Positions 18,920 through 28,276 of a stretch of DNA of 64,000 nucleotides are shown here, piece by piece. Position 1 is the first letter of the stretch. Each line of letters starts with the position of its first letter. The notes beneath the pieces were generated by a model that saw nothing but the letters and a program-made list of their open reading frames with translations, ran no database searches and was not told the DNA's origin. Source of the DNA: Lentisphaerae bacterium ADurb.Bin242 (GTDB lineage: Bacteria > Verrucomicrobiota > Lentisphaeria > Victivallales > UBA1829); the NCBI GenBank assembly GCA_002069785.1, contig MWCA01000019.1, positions 736 through 64,735 of the forward strand. Direction: 5' to 3'. Made by a program: the position numbers and the translations under genes.

Positions 18920-19423
18920 ATGAAGATTCTGATGACGGAAGAGGAAATTACCCAAAGGGTGGCGGCGCTGGGCGAATCCATTACGGAGGCTTACAGGGGA
19001 AAAGACCTGACGGTCGTCGTCATCATGAACGGAGCGCTGCTCTTCGGGGCGGACTTGGTGCGCCGGATCCAATTGCCGATCCGGATCGATCTGTTTGCCG
19101 CCTCCAGCTATGAGAACGACCGTTCCAGCGGGAAATTGAAAGTCCGTTCCGAACTCAAGAACTCTCCGGCCGGGCGTCATCTTCTTCTGGTGGATGACAT
19201 TCTCGACACCGGTTTCAGCATGAAGTGCATCCGGGAGCATCTGGCCGGAAGCGGGGCGCTGAGCATCCGAACGTGCGTGCTTCTGAACAAGCATGTCGGG
19301 GGAAAACAGTTCCTTGCGCCGGACTGGGTCGGTTTTGACATTCCGGACCGGTATGTGGTCGGCTATGGACTCGATTCCGAAGAAGAATACCGCAACCTCC
19401 CGTATATCGGAATCCTCGAATAA
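18920..19423 (+). CDS. hpt: hypoxanthine phosphoribosyltransferase
   Basis: LLVDDILDTGFSMK PRPP-binding motif, DWVGFDIPDRYVVGYGLD. GGGAG Shine-Dalgarno 6 nt before the ATG at 18920. Confidence 0.85.
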   Translation: MKILMTEEEITQRVAALGESITEAYRGKDLTVVVIMNGALLFGADLVRRIQLPIRIDLFAASSYENDRSSGKLKVRSELKNSPAGRHLLLVDDILDTGFSMKCIREHLAGSGALSIRTCVLLNKHVGGKQFLAPDWVGFDIPDRYVVGYGLDSEEEYRNLPYIGILE

Positions 19424-19496
19424 AGCCAATTTGCTATCGTAAGGATAGTAAACAATCGCATTGAGATCAACGCATTTTCTGTATTGCGAGGTTCCG

Positions 19497-19560
19497 GGTA
19501 GGTTCGGCAGTCCCTGCCGAACTGCGGCAATTCAGTTCGCGACGGAGTCACGAACCTACC
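19497..19560. repeat. composite REP-like palindromic element (two similar hairpins nested in a 10-bp outer inverted repeat)
   Basis: Hairpin 1: GTTCGGCAG-TCC-CTGCCGAAC (19502-19522). Hairpin 2: GTTCGCGAC-GGA-GTCACGAAC (19535-19555, one mismatch). Outer arms: GGTAGGTTCG (19497-19506) and CGAACCTACC (19551-19560). Confidence 0.6.
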
Positions 19561-19718
19561 TCGGCTTGTGTCAAAACAAAGGCCTTTCGTGAAGTAAAGG
19601 GGTTCGTCATAAGAAAAAGAAACCGATTTTTTGAGCTGCGCCCTTCCTGACCGGATCGTTTATAATAGGAATCTCTACCTATTGGTAATGTTACTAATCG
19701 TAAGGTTGCAAATCAGTC

Positions 19719-22700
19719 TTACTTTCGGATTACGTACTCAACCCAGTCGGCGGGAACTTCCGCATGGAAGAGAAGTTTGCCGCCTTCCGCCCGGCTGGCA
19801 ACGGGTTTGAGGTTCCAGTCGGTTCCTGCCGAGAAGACCCTGGCTTTTCCCGGATCGATTCCGAGAGCGGCCGCATTTACGGAAATTTCCCCCCGGAACG
19901 GAATGCAGGAACGCTGGTAGCCGGTCGGCTGATGGACCATGAGGTTTTCGAGGGCGAATTCCTGTAGGTGCAGCGTATATTCGAGCTTCGGATTCGAATG
20001 GTCTCGCAGGAGACGTATTTCGAGCGCGGAGACACGGTTCCAGTCGAATCCCTTTTCCGATTGGATATGCCCGACTTTGGAACGGTTGAAATACTGCGGG
20101 GTCGTATAGCGGGTGAACCATCCTTGCTGATCGAGCTTGCCGACCCGTATCTGGCCGTACGGCCAGGCGGCGGACTTTCCGGTATTGTCGAAGAATGCAA
20201 CGTTGAAGGAACCGCCCGGCTTCGGGCCGTCGGCGCGGAGCCGCATCACGAATTCGTCAAATTTCTTGAAATCGATCGTCTTTCCGAAGTCGATCCGGAT
20301 TTTCTTTTCCTTGTCATCGTCCAGCACGATGTGGAAGGATTTGCCGGCGGTGCCCGGAATCGGTTCGGAGACACGGGTGAACGTCTTGCGGTAATGCGGA
20401 AGGTCGGTATGGCCGTTCTGATTGTTGAAGACGGCGACCGTCGCGCCGGAGCCGTCCTGAAGCCGGTTGACGAAGAGCTCGATTTTCCGGGAGGGGTCGG
20501 ACACCGCGGCGGCCTGCGGCTGGGCGTCCGCAATCTTCCCGATCAGGGCGAGGGTGAAATCCTTCGGGAGACGCCAGTGCCATTGGGAGGCTGTCAGGTA
20601 GACTTGTCCCCTGCCGTAGTTCCGGACCGTGCAAACGGGGATGGAATCATCCATCACCGCAAGCGGTGTTGCGGAAACGAGCTTGAGTTCGCGCAAGGAG
20701 AGGGAGGCCGCCCGGTAGCGCGCTTCGAGGGGGAATCCGAACTTCTGGGCGGAAATGAACCGGACCGTTCCGTTGCGTTCCGGCTGAAGCGGACCGGGGA
20801 GCACGCCGCAGACTTCGCGCAGGAAGTCTGCGCCGGTTCCGGAAAAGGTTCCGTCGCGCCCGAGACACTGTTCGGTATTGAGAAGGAGGGTCCCGCCGCC
20901 GGCGACGAATTTCTTGAGTCTTTCGGCCTGTTCCGTGTTCATGATGTTGACGGAAATCATCAGGATCATGGTATAGTCTTCCGGGCGGAACGGAGCGCGC
21001 CCGTAGAGCATGTCGATCGGGCCGTAGGGAGCTCCGGTAAACTGGCGGGCCGTATAAAAGGCGTTTCCGAAGTCCGGATAGAAAACATTGAGCAGCTCGA
21101 AATCGCGGATGTGCGAATGCGGGCCCCATTCGCTGACATGCTGTCCGGCTGCAAGCCCGTACGGGTCCTGGTTCCAGGTGAGGTTGGTGCCGTAGGCGCG
21201 GGCGTCGTCGCCGGTGACCGTGAGCGCACAGGAATCGCCGATGCCGCGAAGGATGGCGATCTTGTTCTCCGGGAACCCGATGCGGGGATGTTTCTTCAGG
21301 AATTCCGCAAATTGCTTGAGCGGGGGACGCGGCCATGCCTCGTGCCCGACCGCGGTGGCCCCGCTGAAAAATGAATATTGATAGAGACGTGTGTAGTCTT
21401 CCTCGGCGTAACGGGGCAGCTTGTCCCGCCAGGCGCTTGTAATCCGGGCAAATTCACCGGCGGTGCCCTGGTTGTCCGAGAGGACGCCCCAGTCGAGCGC
21501 GGAGGGAAGCCATGACCATTCCGTGACGGAAACGGCGAATTTTTTTCGGTACGCCTTGGTATCGCCGCGCAGGTTTGCCAGGGCGGAGTCAATATGCTGT
21601 CCCCGGAAGAGCTGCGTCAGGAAGAGATCGCAGCCGCCTTCGAACTGCGGTCCCGGAACTCCGAAGTTGTCCCATGCGAAAACGCCGATTCCCGCCGGCG
21701 ACCAGTAATCGAGAAATTCACGGACGGCGTCGATGAACAGCTGGTCGGCGTCGAGCCTGTCGCCGACTTTCCGGGGAGGCCGGTTGACGACCCAGTTGCG
21801 GCTCATGCCCCACTCATCGATCTGCGTCAGCATGGTTTCCGGATATTTCCATGCGAGCCAGCGGTATTCGTCGCGGGTGAAATTGCCGTGTCCGGGAGAC
21901 CGGACGGTTGGAAACCGGTCCCGGTCCCGGCTGTCCGGAATCCGGGAAAGGAAGACCGTGGCGAACTGGCTGCGCGGCGCGGCGTACCGCAGTATTTCCT
22001 CGGCGTTCAGAAATTCCTGCGGATAGGGAGTGAAAAAGTTTGCGCCATAGTCTTTGTACGGACCGGATTCAATGGCGTTGACGCCCTTGACGGTGGTATA
22101 GATGACATACCGGCCGTTGTATCCTTTCGCATCCAGAAAGTCGGCGCTGTTCCTGCCCTTGTATTTGCTTCGCGGAGTGTTTTCCGCAGCGGAGATTTCT
22201 TTTGCATGCCCCTTGCGCAGAGCGGCGATTTGCTCTTTCAGTTTTCCTGTTCCGGCCTCCAGGGAGCCGAGAAGACTCCGCAGGTTTTCCAGGCTTTTCA
22301 GCGGAATATCCCGCAGCAGGAGAACGGGCGGAATCCTCTCCCGCTGTTTGAGAAGGACGGACAGCCCTTCGTATTCGATCCGGGTGATCCGGTATCGGTT
22401 TTCGGCTTCGAGGATGCGGTCGGCCAGCCGGTAGAGTTCTCCCTGATCCTTCATTCCGGAGGCGGCGTCGAGATATTCCGGTTTCTGCGGTCCGGTGACG
22501 AAGGGGATCGCCGCGCCGTGAACGGAGCCGTCCTTGAGTTGGAATTTTCCGATGGCGAGATGCATTCCCGGCGCATACCTTTTGCTGTCGGCGAAATTGT
22601 TCTTGTACGGCGGGCTGCGCTGCGTCTGAATCAGTTCGGAATCGACATAACAGCGGAACACTTCCACTTCGGAATGCATGACTCCGCGAAGCTCGGCATG

Positions 22701-22853
22701 AATGGACGTGCCGGTCGCCGCAGCCGTGCCGGGGGCCGGATACGTGATGACCGCTTTGACTTCGGGAGTTTCCGCAAGCAGTCCCGGAGCGGAAAGGGCC
22801 ACCGCCGCAAGAACCGTCCGCATCCATCCCGCGCCGTTGAATTCGTGTTTCAT
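19719..22853 (-). CDS. large secreted protein, glycan-enzyme-like, function unknown
   Basis: Signal peptide (MRTVLAAVALSAPGLLAE). Internal segment resembling the GH42-type trimerisation/GATase-like module (RLKKFVAGGGTLLLN) and a C-terminal CBM-like module. GAGGTG Shine-Dalgarno before the start. Confidence 0.55.
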   Translation of the reverse strand: MKHEFNGAGWMRTVLAAVALSAPGLLAETPEVKAVITYPAPGTAAATGTSIHAELRGVMHSEVEVFRCYVDSELIQTQRSPPYKNNFADSKRYAPGMHLAIGKFQLKDGSVHGAAIPFVTGPQKPEYLDAASGMKDQGELYRLADRILEAENRYRITRIEYEGLSVLLKQRERIPPVLLLRDIPLKSLENLRSLLGSLEAGTGKLKEQIAALRKGHAKEISAAENTPRSKYKGRNSADFLDAKGYNGRYVIYTTVKGVNAIESGPYKDYGANFFTPYPQEFLNAEEILRYAAPRSQFATVFLSRIPDSRDRDRFPTVRSPGHGNFTRDEYRWLAWKYPETMLTQIDEWGMSRNWVVNRPPRKVGDRLDADQLFIDAVREFLDYWSPAGIGVFAWDNFGVPGPQFEGGCDLFLTQLFRGQHIDSALANLRGDTKAYRKKFAVSVTEWSWLPSALDWGVLSDNQGTAGEFARITSAWRDKLPRYAEEDYTRLYQYSFFSGATAVGHEAWPRPPLKQFAEFLKKHPRIGFPENKIAILRGIGDSCALTVTGDDARAYGTNLTWNQDPYGLAAGQHVSEWGPHSHIRDFELLNVFYPDFGNAFYTARQFTGAPYGPIDMLYGRAPFRPEDYTMILMISVNIMNTEQAERLKKFVAGGGTLLLNTEQCLGRDGTFSGTGADFLREVCGVLPGPLQPERNGTVRFISAQKFGFPLEARYRAASLSLRELKLVSATPLAVMDDSIPVCTVRNYGRGQVYLTASQWHWRLPKDFTLALIGKIADAQPQAAAVSDPSRKIELFVNRLQDGSGATVAVFNNQNGHTDLPHYRKTFTRVSEPIPGTAGKSFHIVLDDDKEKKIRIDFGKTIDFKKFDEFVMRLRADGPKPGGSFNVAFFDNTGKSAAWPYGQIRVGKLDQQGWFTRYTTPQYFNRSKVGHIQSEKGFDWNRVSALEIRLLRDHSNPKLEYTLHLQEFALENLMVHQPTGYQRSCIPFRGEISVNAAALGIDPGKARVFSAGTDWNLKPVASRAEGGKLLFHAEVPADWVEYVIRK

Positions 22854-22912
22854 AAATCACCTCGCATTTTATACAGAATCACAGTCAATGGATTGAAAAT
22901 CGCCGCAGTCCT

Positions 22913-23752
22913 TCACTCAAAGTAGTCGCCGGCGCCGCTGTCGGTATTGAACCCCAGGGAAAAAGCGGAGTAAATGCTGCCCCCGACCACGACATCCCGG
23001 ATGAACCGCGGTTGAACGTGCCCATCCATATAGGAAACATTGGCTTTTCCCTTGAGCCACATGGGATACGGCGTGCCTGTCGACCCGTTGAGGCGCTCAT
23101 CCGGAGCGCCATGCCGGAAACTCATTCTTGTCACCGCGCCAAAGCCGTTGACGTCTCCGGTCCAGTTGTGGTCGGCCGAAAATATCGCCTGCGACGCCTG
23201 GGTGAATGTGGAGAGCTTGTGTCCCCGTTTGCCGCCGGCGGCGGACGTGCCCCGATATCCGCAGAGATATGAATTGGCTCCATAGTGGGTTCTGGTGAAG
23301 GAGACGGCCGAACTGAGGCTCGCATTGGCCGGAAGTCTTTCAGCGGGACAGTTGAAGGAGCCGTTTTCAAATTTGTACGTGCCCGTGGACGAATTCAGTA
23401 TCACCAGACCGAGTTTCGCGCCGTACGTCGGAGCGTTCCAGTATCCGCCCAGCTTGCCGTACCAGAAAGTGAGGAGGCTGTAGTCCGTACAGCGGACCGG
23501 CGGGAGCCATTCCCGGTTCGAGTCGCAATACAGGAGGCACGCCGTGACTTGCGCCTTGAGATTATTGACGCACGAAATGCTCTTCGCCGTTTCTCTCGCC
23601 CGGTTCAGCACCGGCAGGAGCATTCCCGCGAGAATCGCGATGATCGAAATCACGACCAGGAGTTCAATTAATGTGAAACCGCTTTTTTCCCCGGATTCGG
23701 TACAGGCTCCGGAAAGGCGCCTCGAATTTCGAATTTCCCACGTCCGTTTCAT
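22913..23752 (-). CDS. prepilin-type N-terminal domain protein, DUF1559-like (pseudopilin-like)
   Basis: ..[34 protein letters not shown]; C-terminal [13 protein letters not shown] at 23752 (the track ORF starts at the GTG at 23758). Confidence 0.8.
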   Translation of the reverse strand: MKRTWEIRNSRRLSGACTESGEKSGFTLIELLVVISIIAILAGMLLPVLNRARETAKSISCVNNLKAQVTACLLYCDSNREWLPPVRCTDYSLLTFWYGKLGGYWNAPTYGAKLGLVILNSSTGTYKFENGSFNCPAERLPANASLSSAVSFTRTHYGANSYLCGYRGTSAAGGKRGHKLSTFTQASQAIFSADHNWTGDVNGFGAVTRMSFRHGAPDERLNGSTGTPYPMWLKGKANVSYMDGHVQPRFIRDVVVGGSIYSAFSLGFNTDSGAGDYFE

Positions 23753-23804
23753 TTTCACGTCCTTTCTCCTGATCCCTGTAAAAGAGATTTTTTTCTGTTC
23801 ATGT

Positions 23805-23832
23805 ATTATAAAGGTATTAGCTTATTTGTCAA
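23805..23832 (-). promoter_or_regulatory. near-consensus sigma70 promoter (TTGACA-16 nt-TATAAT) for the pseudopilin-like/giant-protein operon
   Basis: Minus strand reads TTGACA (23832-23827), 16-nt spacer, TATAAT (23810-23805), within an AT-rich intergenic region. Confidence 0.6.
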
Positions 23833-24143
23833 TCCGCTTTTTATAAAAAAGTTGGAATTTTCATCTTCACGGGGACGGCTGTTTCCATCCGATCCTTCTG
23901 AAAAACTGTACTTTTTCATACTCATAAACAGCTCCGGAGTACTTTCTATAAATATATTGTCGTTCCAGTGTTTTTGCAATAGCGGTTTTTGGTGATTTGT
24001 TGCACTATTTGGTTTTTTTGATGGTTCTTCCCGGAACGGTTCCGGTTTTTCCGGGAATAGAGGGACCGCGGATGTTCCCGAGGTTTTTCACCGGCCGTCA
24101 TTTTCTTCCGGTTCCGGCATTCCTTCCACTGGAAGCGGCGGGT

Positions 24144-24902
24144 TCAGACATTTGCGGTTCGCTGCCGGGAGGGATTTCCTGCGTCTCCCCGGTAAACAGG
24201 CGGGGAAGCGGCGGGGAGCTTTTCAGGCACCTGCGGTCCGCTGCCGGAAGGAATTTCCTGCGTCTCCCCGGCGAACAGGCGGGTGTATTCCGCATGCGCC
24301 AGGGCATAGCGTTCGCTGTCGCTCTTGGAAAACTGTTTGCGGCGCTGAATCTGGAATTGGGCCAGCTGCTGGCTTGCGGCGGCCAGCGCTTCCTTGATGG
24401 CGGAATACAGGGAAACCTCGACGGTGAAGAGCGTTTTTTCCAGGGGGAGCAATGCGGCCGCGGAGGGGTTGCCGAGCATTTCTTCGAACGTGGAACTGTT
24501 CTGCCGGATAATGCTCTGGGAAGTCGCGATCTCTTCCAGCGCGACAAGGTTTCGCTGGATCAGGCGGAGATAGAGGAGCATTTCCCCGCTTCCCAGGTGG
24601 CATTTTGCCGAAGTGGAGGCGTTGTGGATGAACTCCGTTTTTTCCAGGGCGATTTCGAGAAGCTCATTGATCCGGGCGTACAGTTTTTCACGGTTTTCGC
24701 TGGAGGCATCAAAACGGCTGTTGTTGAAAAGGGCCTCGATTTGTTCGCATGCGGCATCCCGGTGCGCCATTTCGGGAGGGATGTTCATGACGCTCAGGGA
24801 GTTGAAGCGGTGGAAGCCGCCGAACTCAAGCGGGGACTTCATCCGCAGAAATTTGCGTTTGACTTTTTGCAGCAGCCCTGAATTTTCTTTCATGCTTTTC
24901 AT
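24144..24902 (-). CDS. hypothetical helical protein
   Basis: GAGGGA Shine-Dalgarno 6 nt upstream, plausible composition, no recognisable domain. The 3' end contains a frame-shifted direct repeat (next feature). Confidence 0.5.
   Translation of the reverse strand: MKSMKENSGLLQKVKRKFLRMKSPLEFGGFHRFNSLSVMNIPPEMAHRDAACEQIEALFNNSRFDASSENREKLYARINELLEIALEKTEFIHNASTSAKCHLGSGEMLLYLRLIQRNLVALEEIATSQSIIRQNSSTFEEMLGNPSAAALLPLEKTLFTVEVSLYSAIKEALAAASQQLAQFQIQRRKQFSKSDSERYALAHAEYTRLFAGETQEIPSGSGPQVPEKLPAASPPVYRGDAGNPSRQRTANV
24153..24284. repeat. two ~53-nt direct repeat copies with a 79-nt period
   Basis: Copy 1 is 24153-24205 and copy 2 is 24232-24284. About 47 of 53 positions are identical by hand alignment. 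Confidence 0.75.
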
Positions 24903-24977
24903 ATCGCGTCCCTCATGCTCCCGCTACAATGTAACGCCGTTTTCCGAAAAAGCAAAAGGATTTTCTTAAGAATTTTC

Positions 24978-25535
24978 TTATAAAGCGAGAAGATATTCCA
25001 CCGCTTCCGGAAGACTGGATTTGACAATCCGGTTTTCGGCGCGCGCTTTTTCGAGGTTCCGGAAACCCTGTCCGGTGGTGACCATTACCACGGCTTTGCA
25101 TCCGGCTTCCTCGCCCGCCCGGAGATCGGAAAGCTGGTCCCCGATGAGGAACGAGGCGGAGGGATCGATCCCGAGGTCGCGGATCGCATTCAGGAGAAGG
25201 CCCGGCTTCGGTTTCCGGCAGGCGCACTCCACGGCGAATTCCGGGACGCTTCCGTCCTTGTAGTGCGGACAATAGTAAAAGGCGTCCAGACGGGCGTTTT
25301 CGGGTTCGAGCAGCTCCCGGATTTTCCGTTCCACGGCCTTGACTTCCCGGAGGGTGTACATGCCGCGCGCGATTCCGGACTGGTTGGACACGACGACCGC
25401 CAGATACCCGGCCTCATTGATTTTCCGGACCGCTTTCCCCACACCCGGACACAGGACCACGTCTTCCGGCTTGTGCAAGTAGTCCACATCCATATTGATG
25501 ACGCCGTCCCGGTCCAGAAAAAAAGCCTTCTTCAT
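24978..25535 (-). CDS. gmhB: D-glycero-beta-D-manno-heptose-1,7-bisphosphate 7-phosphatase (HAD-IIIA)
   Basis: KAFFLDRDGVIN..VVSNQSGIARG..IGDQLSD motifs. ATG at 25535 preceded by GGAGG. Confidence 0.75.
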   Translation of the reverse strand: MKKAFFLDRDGVINMDVDYLHKPEDVVLCPGVGKAVRKINEAGYLAVVVSNQSGIARGMYTLREVKAVERKIRELLEPENARLDAFYYCPHYKDGSVPEFAVECACRKPKPGLLLNAIRDLGIDPSASFLIGDQLSDLRAGEEAGCKAVVMVTTGQGFRNLEKARAENRIVKSSLPEAVEYLLAL

Positions 25536-25670
25536 CCTTCCTCCATTGTTGTTTTCACGAACGGGAATATACACCCTTTTTCGGGAAATGATATTTTTCT
25601 TTTCGTTGAAATTATGCTTTTCCGGGATAAATTATGGAAGGAAAGAGAACCTCAACCCCGGAAACGCCTC

Positions 25671-26345
25671 ATGAAAAACAAACCGCTCGAAGAATACGCC
25701 GAACTGGACCTGGACAGGGAGGCCCGCTGCGGGTTTCCCGAATTCATCTACGGAGAAGGAAAGACCACCGAACAGCTGCTGGGGATCATGCGCAGGCTCC
25801 ATGAATCGGGAAAGACGGTGCTGGTCACCCGTGTGAACCCGGAGGCGGTCCCGGCCCTTCTTTCGGCGTTTCCGGAGGCGGAACACGACGCGCTTGCCTC
25901 CACGGTCCGGATCATCCGTCCCATGCCGAAAAAACGGGGACGGGTCTGCGTGATCTGCGCGGGGACCTCCGATCTTCCCGTGGCCCGGGAAGCCTTCCTG
26001 ACGGTGGAATCCTGCGGCTATGAGTGCGACCTGATCCCCGATTGCGGCATCGCCGGGCTTCACCGTCTGATCTCCAAACTGGAGCGGCTGCGTTCGGCGG
26101 ACGTCGTAATCGCCGCGGCCGGGATGGAGGGGGCCTTGCCGAGCGTCACGGCGGGATTGTTGTCCTGTCCGGTGATCGCGGTTCCGACCCGCGTCGGCTA
26201 CGGCGCGTCGCTGGGGGGGATTACCGCATTGCTGGCCATGCTGAACAGTTGCGCCTCCGGGGTGACGGTGGTCAACATCGACAACGGCTTCGGGGCCGCC
26301 TGCGCCGCGATCCGCATCCTCTCCCGCCTTCCGGAAAAGGAGTGA
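25671..26345 (+). CDS. larB: nickel-pincer cofactor biosynthesis protein LarB (PurE-like NaAD carboxylase/hydrolase)
   Basis: DLDREARCGFPEFIYGEGKT.. N-terminal region and PurE-like CVICAGTSDLPVAREA..AAAGMEGALPSV. The track ORF start at 25263 is an antisense extension over gmhB. Confidence 0.75.
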   Translation: MKNKPLEEYAELDLDREARCGFPEFIYGEGKTTEQLLGIMRRLHESGKTVLVTRVNPEAVPALLSAFPEAEHDALASTVRIIRPMPKKRGRVCVICAGTSDLPVAREAFLTVESCGYECDLIPDCGIAGLHRLISKLERLRSADVVIAAAGMEGALPSVTAGLLSCPVIAVPTRVGYGASLGGITALLAMLNSCASGVTVVNIDNGFGAACAAIRILSRLPEKE

Positions 26346-26405
26346 CTTTTTTCACTCTGCCGCGCGGCGGAACCGGAAAAGAACTCCCATTGTTTCCGCC
26401 ATTTC

Positions 26406-27317
26406 TCAACGGTGTTTTTTCAGGGGCGGGTCAGCGGCCACTTTCCTGCATCTGAACTCTCTCGGCGTGAGGCCGGAATGTTTCTTGAAAACGCGGGAAA
26501 AGAAGGAAAAAGTCCTGTAGCCGCAGGTCTCGGCAATGTCGCGGATCGGCATGAAGTCGGTGGAGAGAAGCTGTTCGGCGTATTTCAGGCGCATGTTGAT
26601 GAGGTATTGGATCGGCGTGCACCGGAGATGCTCTAGGAACAACCGGTTGAGGGTGCGCGTCCCGATGCCGTACTGACGGGACAGGGATTTCAGCGTGTGG
26701 GGTTCGCCCAAGTGGAGTTCAAGATCTTTCACGATGCTTTCGAAGTCATTGGGGATGTTTTCGGAACCGGCCTGGTCGATCAGTTCCAGGATGAGGGCAT
26801 AGGCGAGAATGGAGAGTTTCTTGGAAAGTTCCGGGTCTCCTTCGGTGGCGATCTTTTTGATCTGCTCGAAGAAGGAATTGATTTTGGCCGGGTCCTTCAG
26901 GTGAAGGAGATTGTGTCCGTTGAGAATTCCCTGGTTGAATAAAAACGAGACCAGCTGTCCGTTATTGATCAGAAGGATTTTCCGGAAGACGGTCGTGTCT
27001 TTTGGAACGCGGTATAGGTAATGGATTCCGGGACCGAAGATCAGGATGTCGCCGGGCTTCATCCGCTGTTTTGAACTGCCCTCGGAAAGAAGGTAGGCGG
27101 AACCTTCCACGACGTACGTCACCGCCCAGTAGGGATGGTAGATGGGAATTTCCGCCCCCGGCTTGAAGAAGGATTCTCCATACCCGCAAAGCGTAATGGC
27201 ATTGGAATTGAAGAACGGCATCCGGTTCTGGTCCAGGTAGAAGTCCTCTTCGTAATATTGCCCGGAGGTATGGCGCAGATAAAAAGAAATATTTCTCGAC
27301 ATGGGAAAAAATTCCAT
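26406..27317 (-). CDS. AraC-family transcriptional regulator
   Basis: C-terminal double HTH (LKSLSRQYGIGTRTLNRLF..IRDIAETCGYRTFSFFSRVFKKHSGLTPREFR) and N-terminal cupin-like domain. Alternative start at 27302. Confidence 0.85.
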   Translation of the reverse strand: MEFFPMSRNISFYLRHTSGQYYEEDFYLDQNRMPFFNSNAITLCGYGESFFKPGAEIPIYHPYWAVTYVVEGSAYLLSEGSSKQRMKPGDILIFGPGIHYLYRVPKDTTVFRKILLINNGQLVSFLFNQGILNGHNLLHLKDPAKINSFFEQIKKIATEGDPELSKKLSILAYALILELIDQAGSENIPNDFESIVKDLELHLGEPHTLKSLSRQYGIGTRTLNRLFLEHLRCTPIQYLINMRLKYAEQLLSTDFMPIRDIAETCGYRTFSFFSRVFKKHSGLTPREFRCRKVAADPPLKKHR

Positions 27318-27357
27318 TTAATCATATTTTTTGTCAATATAGTGCTAATTCAATCTA

Positions 27358-27386
27358 TTGCGAAAAGCGTTTTTTTCAAGTATAAT
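27358..27386 (+). promoter_or_regulatory. sigma70-type promoter (TTGCGA-17 nt-TATAAT) for the pseudopilin-like/DUF4838 operon
   Basis: TTGCGA at 27358-27363, 17-nt spacer, TATAAT at 27381-27386. The 5' leader contains a GTTTGC-N10-GCAAAC inverted repeat (27422-27443). Confidence 0.5.
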
Positions 27387-27490
27387 TAAATGGTATCGGG
27401 AAAAATATTCTGAAAAATGCGGTTTGCTTCGATTCTTGCAAACGGATGGAACGGCGGAAAAAAAACGGAAAGCGCCGGAAAGGAAGAAAT

Positions 27491-28255
27491 ATGAAAAACA
27501 CATCCTTGAAGAAGCATGAAACGGGAAGGAAAATCCCGTTCGGGCGGAACTTTACATTGATCGAACTCCTGATCGTGATTGCGATCATCGCCATTCTGGC
27601 GGGAATGCTGCTGCCCGCCCTGAACGCGGCGAGGGAAATGGGGAAATCCGCCTCCTGCATCAGCAATCTCAAAAGCCACCATCTCGCATCGGAACTGTAT
27701 TCATCCGATTTCAGCGATTACCTTATCTGTCTCGATTACCCCAATACGGACGGCACTTACGGCAAGGTGTTCTGGATGACTCAGTTCAATAATATGGGAT
27801 ATCTTCGTTATTCAAAGGCTTATTCCTGCCCCTCCGAAACCATAATTCTGAATGGAAGCGACAAGGGCAAGGTCTTCTACGGGCTTGTCGCCGGAACTTT
27901 TGGCGATCAGCTCACCGCAGTCAACGGCGGAATCAAACGAGGTGTCCTTTCAAGGTCGGTGAAATCCCCGAATACAGTCATATTTGCCGATACAGCCAAT
28001 CCAAAGGGAAGCATCCCGGAAAGGACAAAGAATGGATATGCGATAAACAATCATGGGAGCAGCATGCCTGTTCTCCAGAATCTCAATCAGGATTCCTATG
28101 GGGCGTATCTCAGACATTCCGGAGGAAAATCCGCCAATGCCGTGACATTTTCAGGCTCGGCGACCTCCTACAAAAACAGGAACAGGCAGCTGCGTTACAC
28201 TGAACCGTTCATGCCATGGCGCACGGCTTCCACCGGTGAGTGGAACAGCTTTTAA
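27491..28255 (+). CDS. prepilin-type N-terminal domain protein, DUF1559-like (pseudopilin-like)
   Basis: ..[34 protein letters not shown]. The H-X9-DG motif is degenerate ([14 protein letters not shown]). ATG at 27491 has an AAGGAAG Shine-Dalgarno. Confidence 0.8.
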   Translation: MKNTSLKKHETGRKIPFGRNFTLIELLIVIAIIAILAGMLLPALNAAREMGKSASCISNLKSHHLASELYSSDFSDYLICLDYPNTDGTYGKVFWMTQFNNMGYLRYSKAYSCPSETIILNGSDKGKVFYGLVAGTFGDQLTAVNGGIKRGVLSRSVKSPNTVIFADTANPKGSIPERTKNGYAINNHGSSMPVLQNLNQDSYGAYLRHSGGKSANAVTFSGSATSYKNRNRQLRYTEPFMPWRTASTGEWNSF

Positions 28256-28276
28256 AGTTCAAGAAAGGACAGGAGA

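Noticed and set aside
15383-19429. 1348-aa ORF on the minus strand, the longest ORF in the window
   Set aside because: It is antisense to the signal-peptide protein at 15473-18832 and to hpt, which has unmistakable PRTase motifs. Its translation is Arg/Pro/Gly-rich with no recognisable motif. This is a typical high-GC shadow ORF.
19363-19551. 62-aa minus-strand ORF in the hpt-downstream spacer
   Set aside because: It is simply the translation of the palindromic REP-like element, with no start context.
19436-19705. 9-bp direct repeat ATCGTAAGG at 19436-19444 and 19697-19705, flanking the hpt-downstream spacer (possible MITE target-site duplication)
   Set aside because: A single 9-mer recurrence within a ~290-bp AT-rich spacer is not improbable by chance. 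I could find only a weak TAGTAA terminal inverted repeat. It is kept only as context for the REP-like finding.
19968-22925. Two long plus-strand ORFs (468 aa and 443 aa)
   Set aside because: They are antisense to the 1044-aa signal-peptide protein. They have no start context or motifs and show shadow-ORF composition.
25263-25670. N-terminal 136-codon extension of the larB ORF
   Set aside because: It runs antisense across gmhB and has no LarB similarity. The ATG at 25671 begins the conserved LarB N-terminus.
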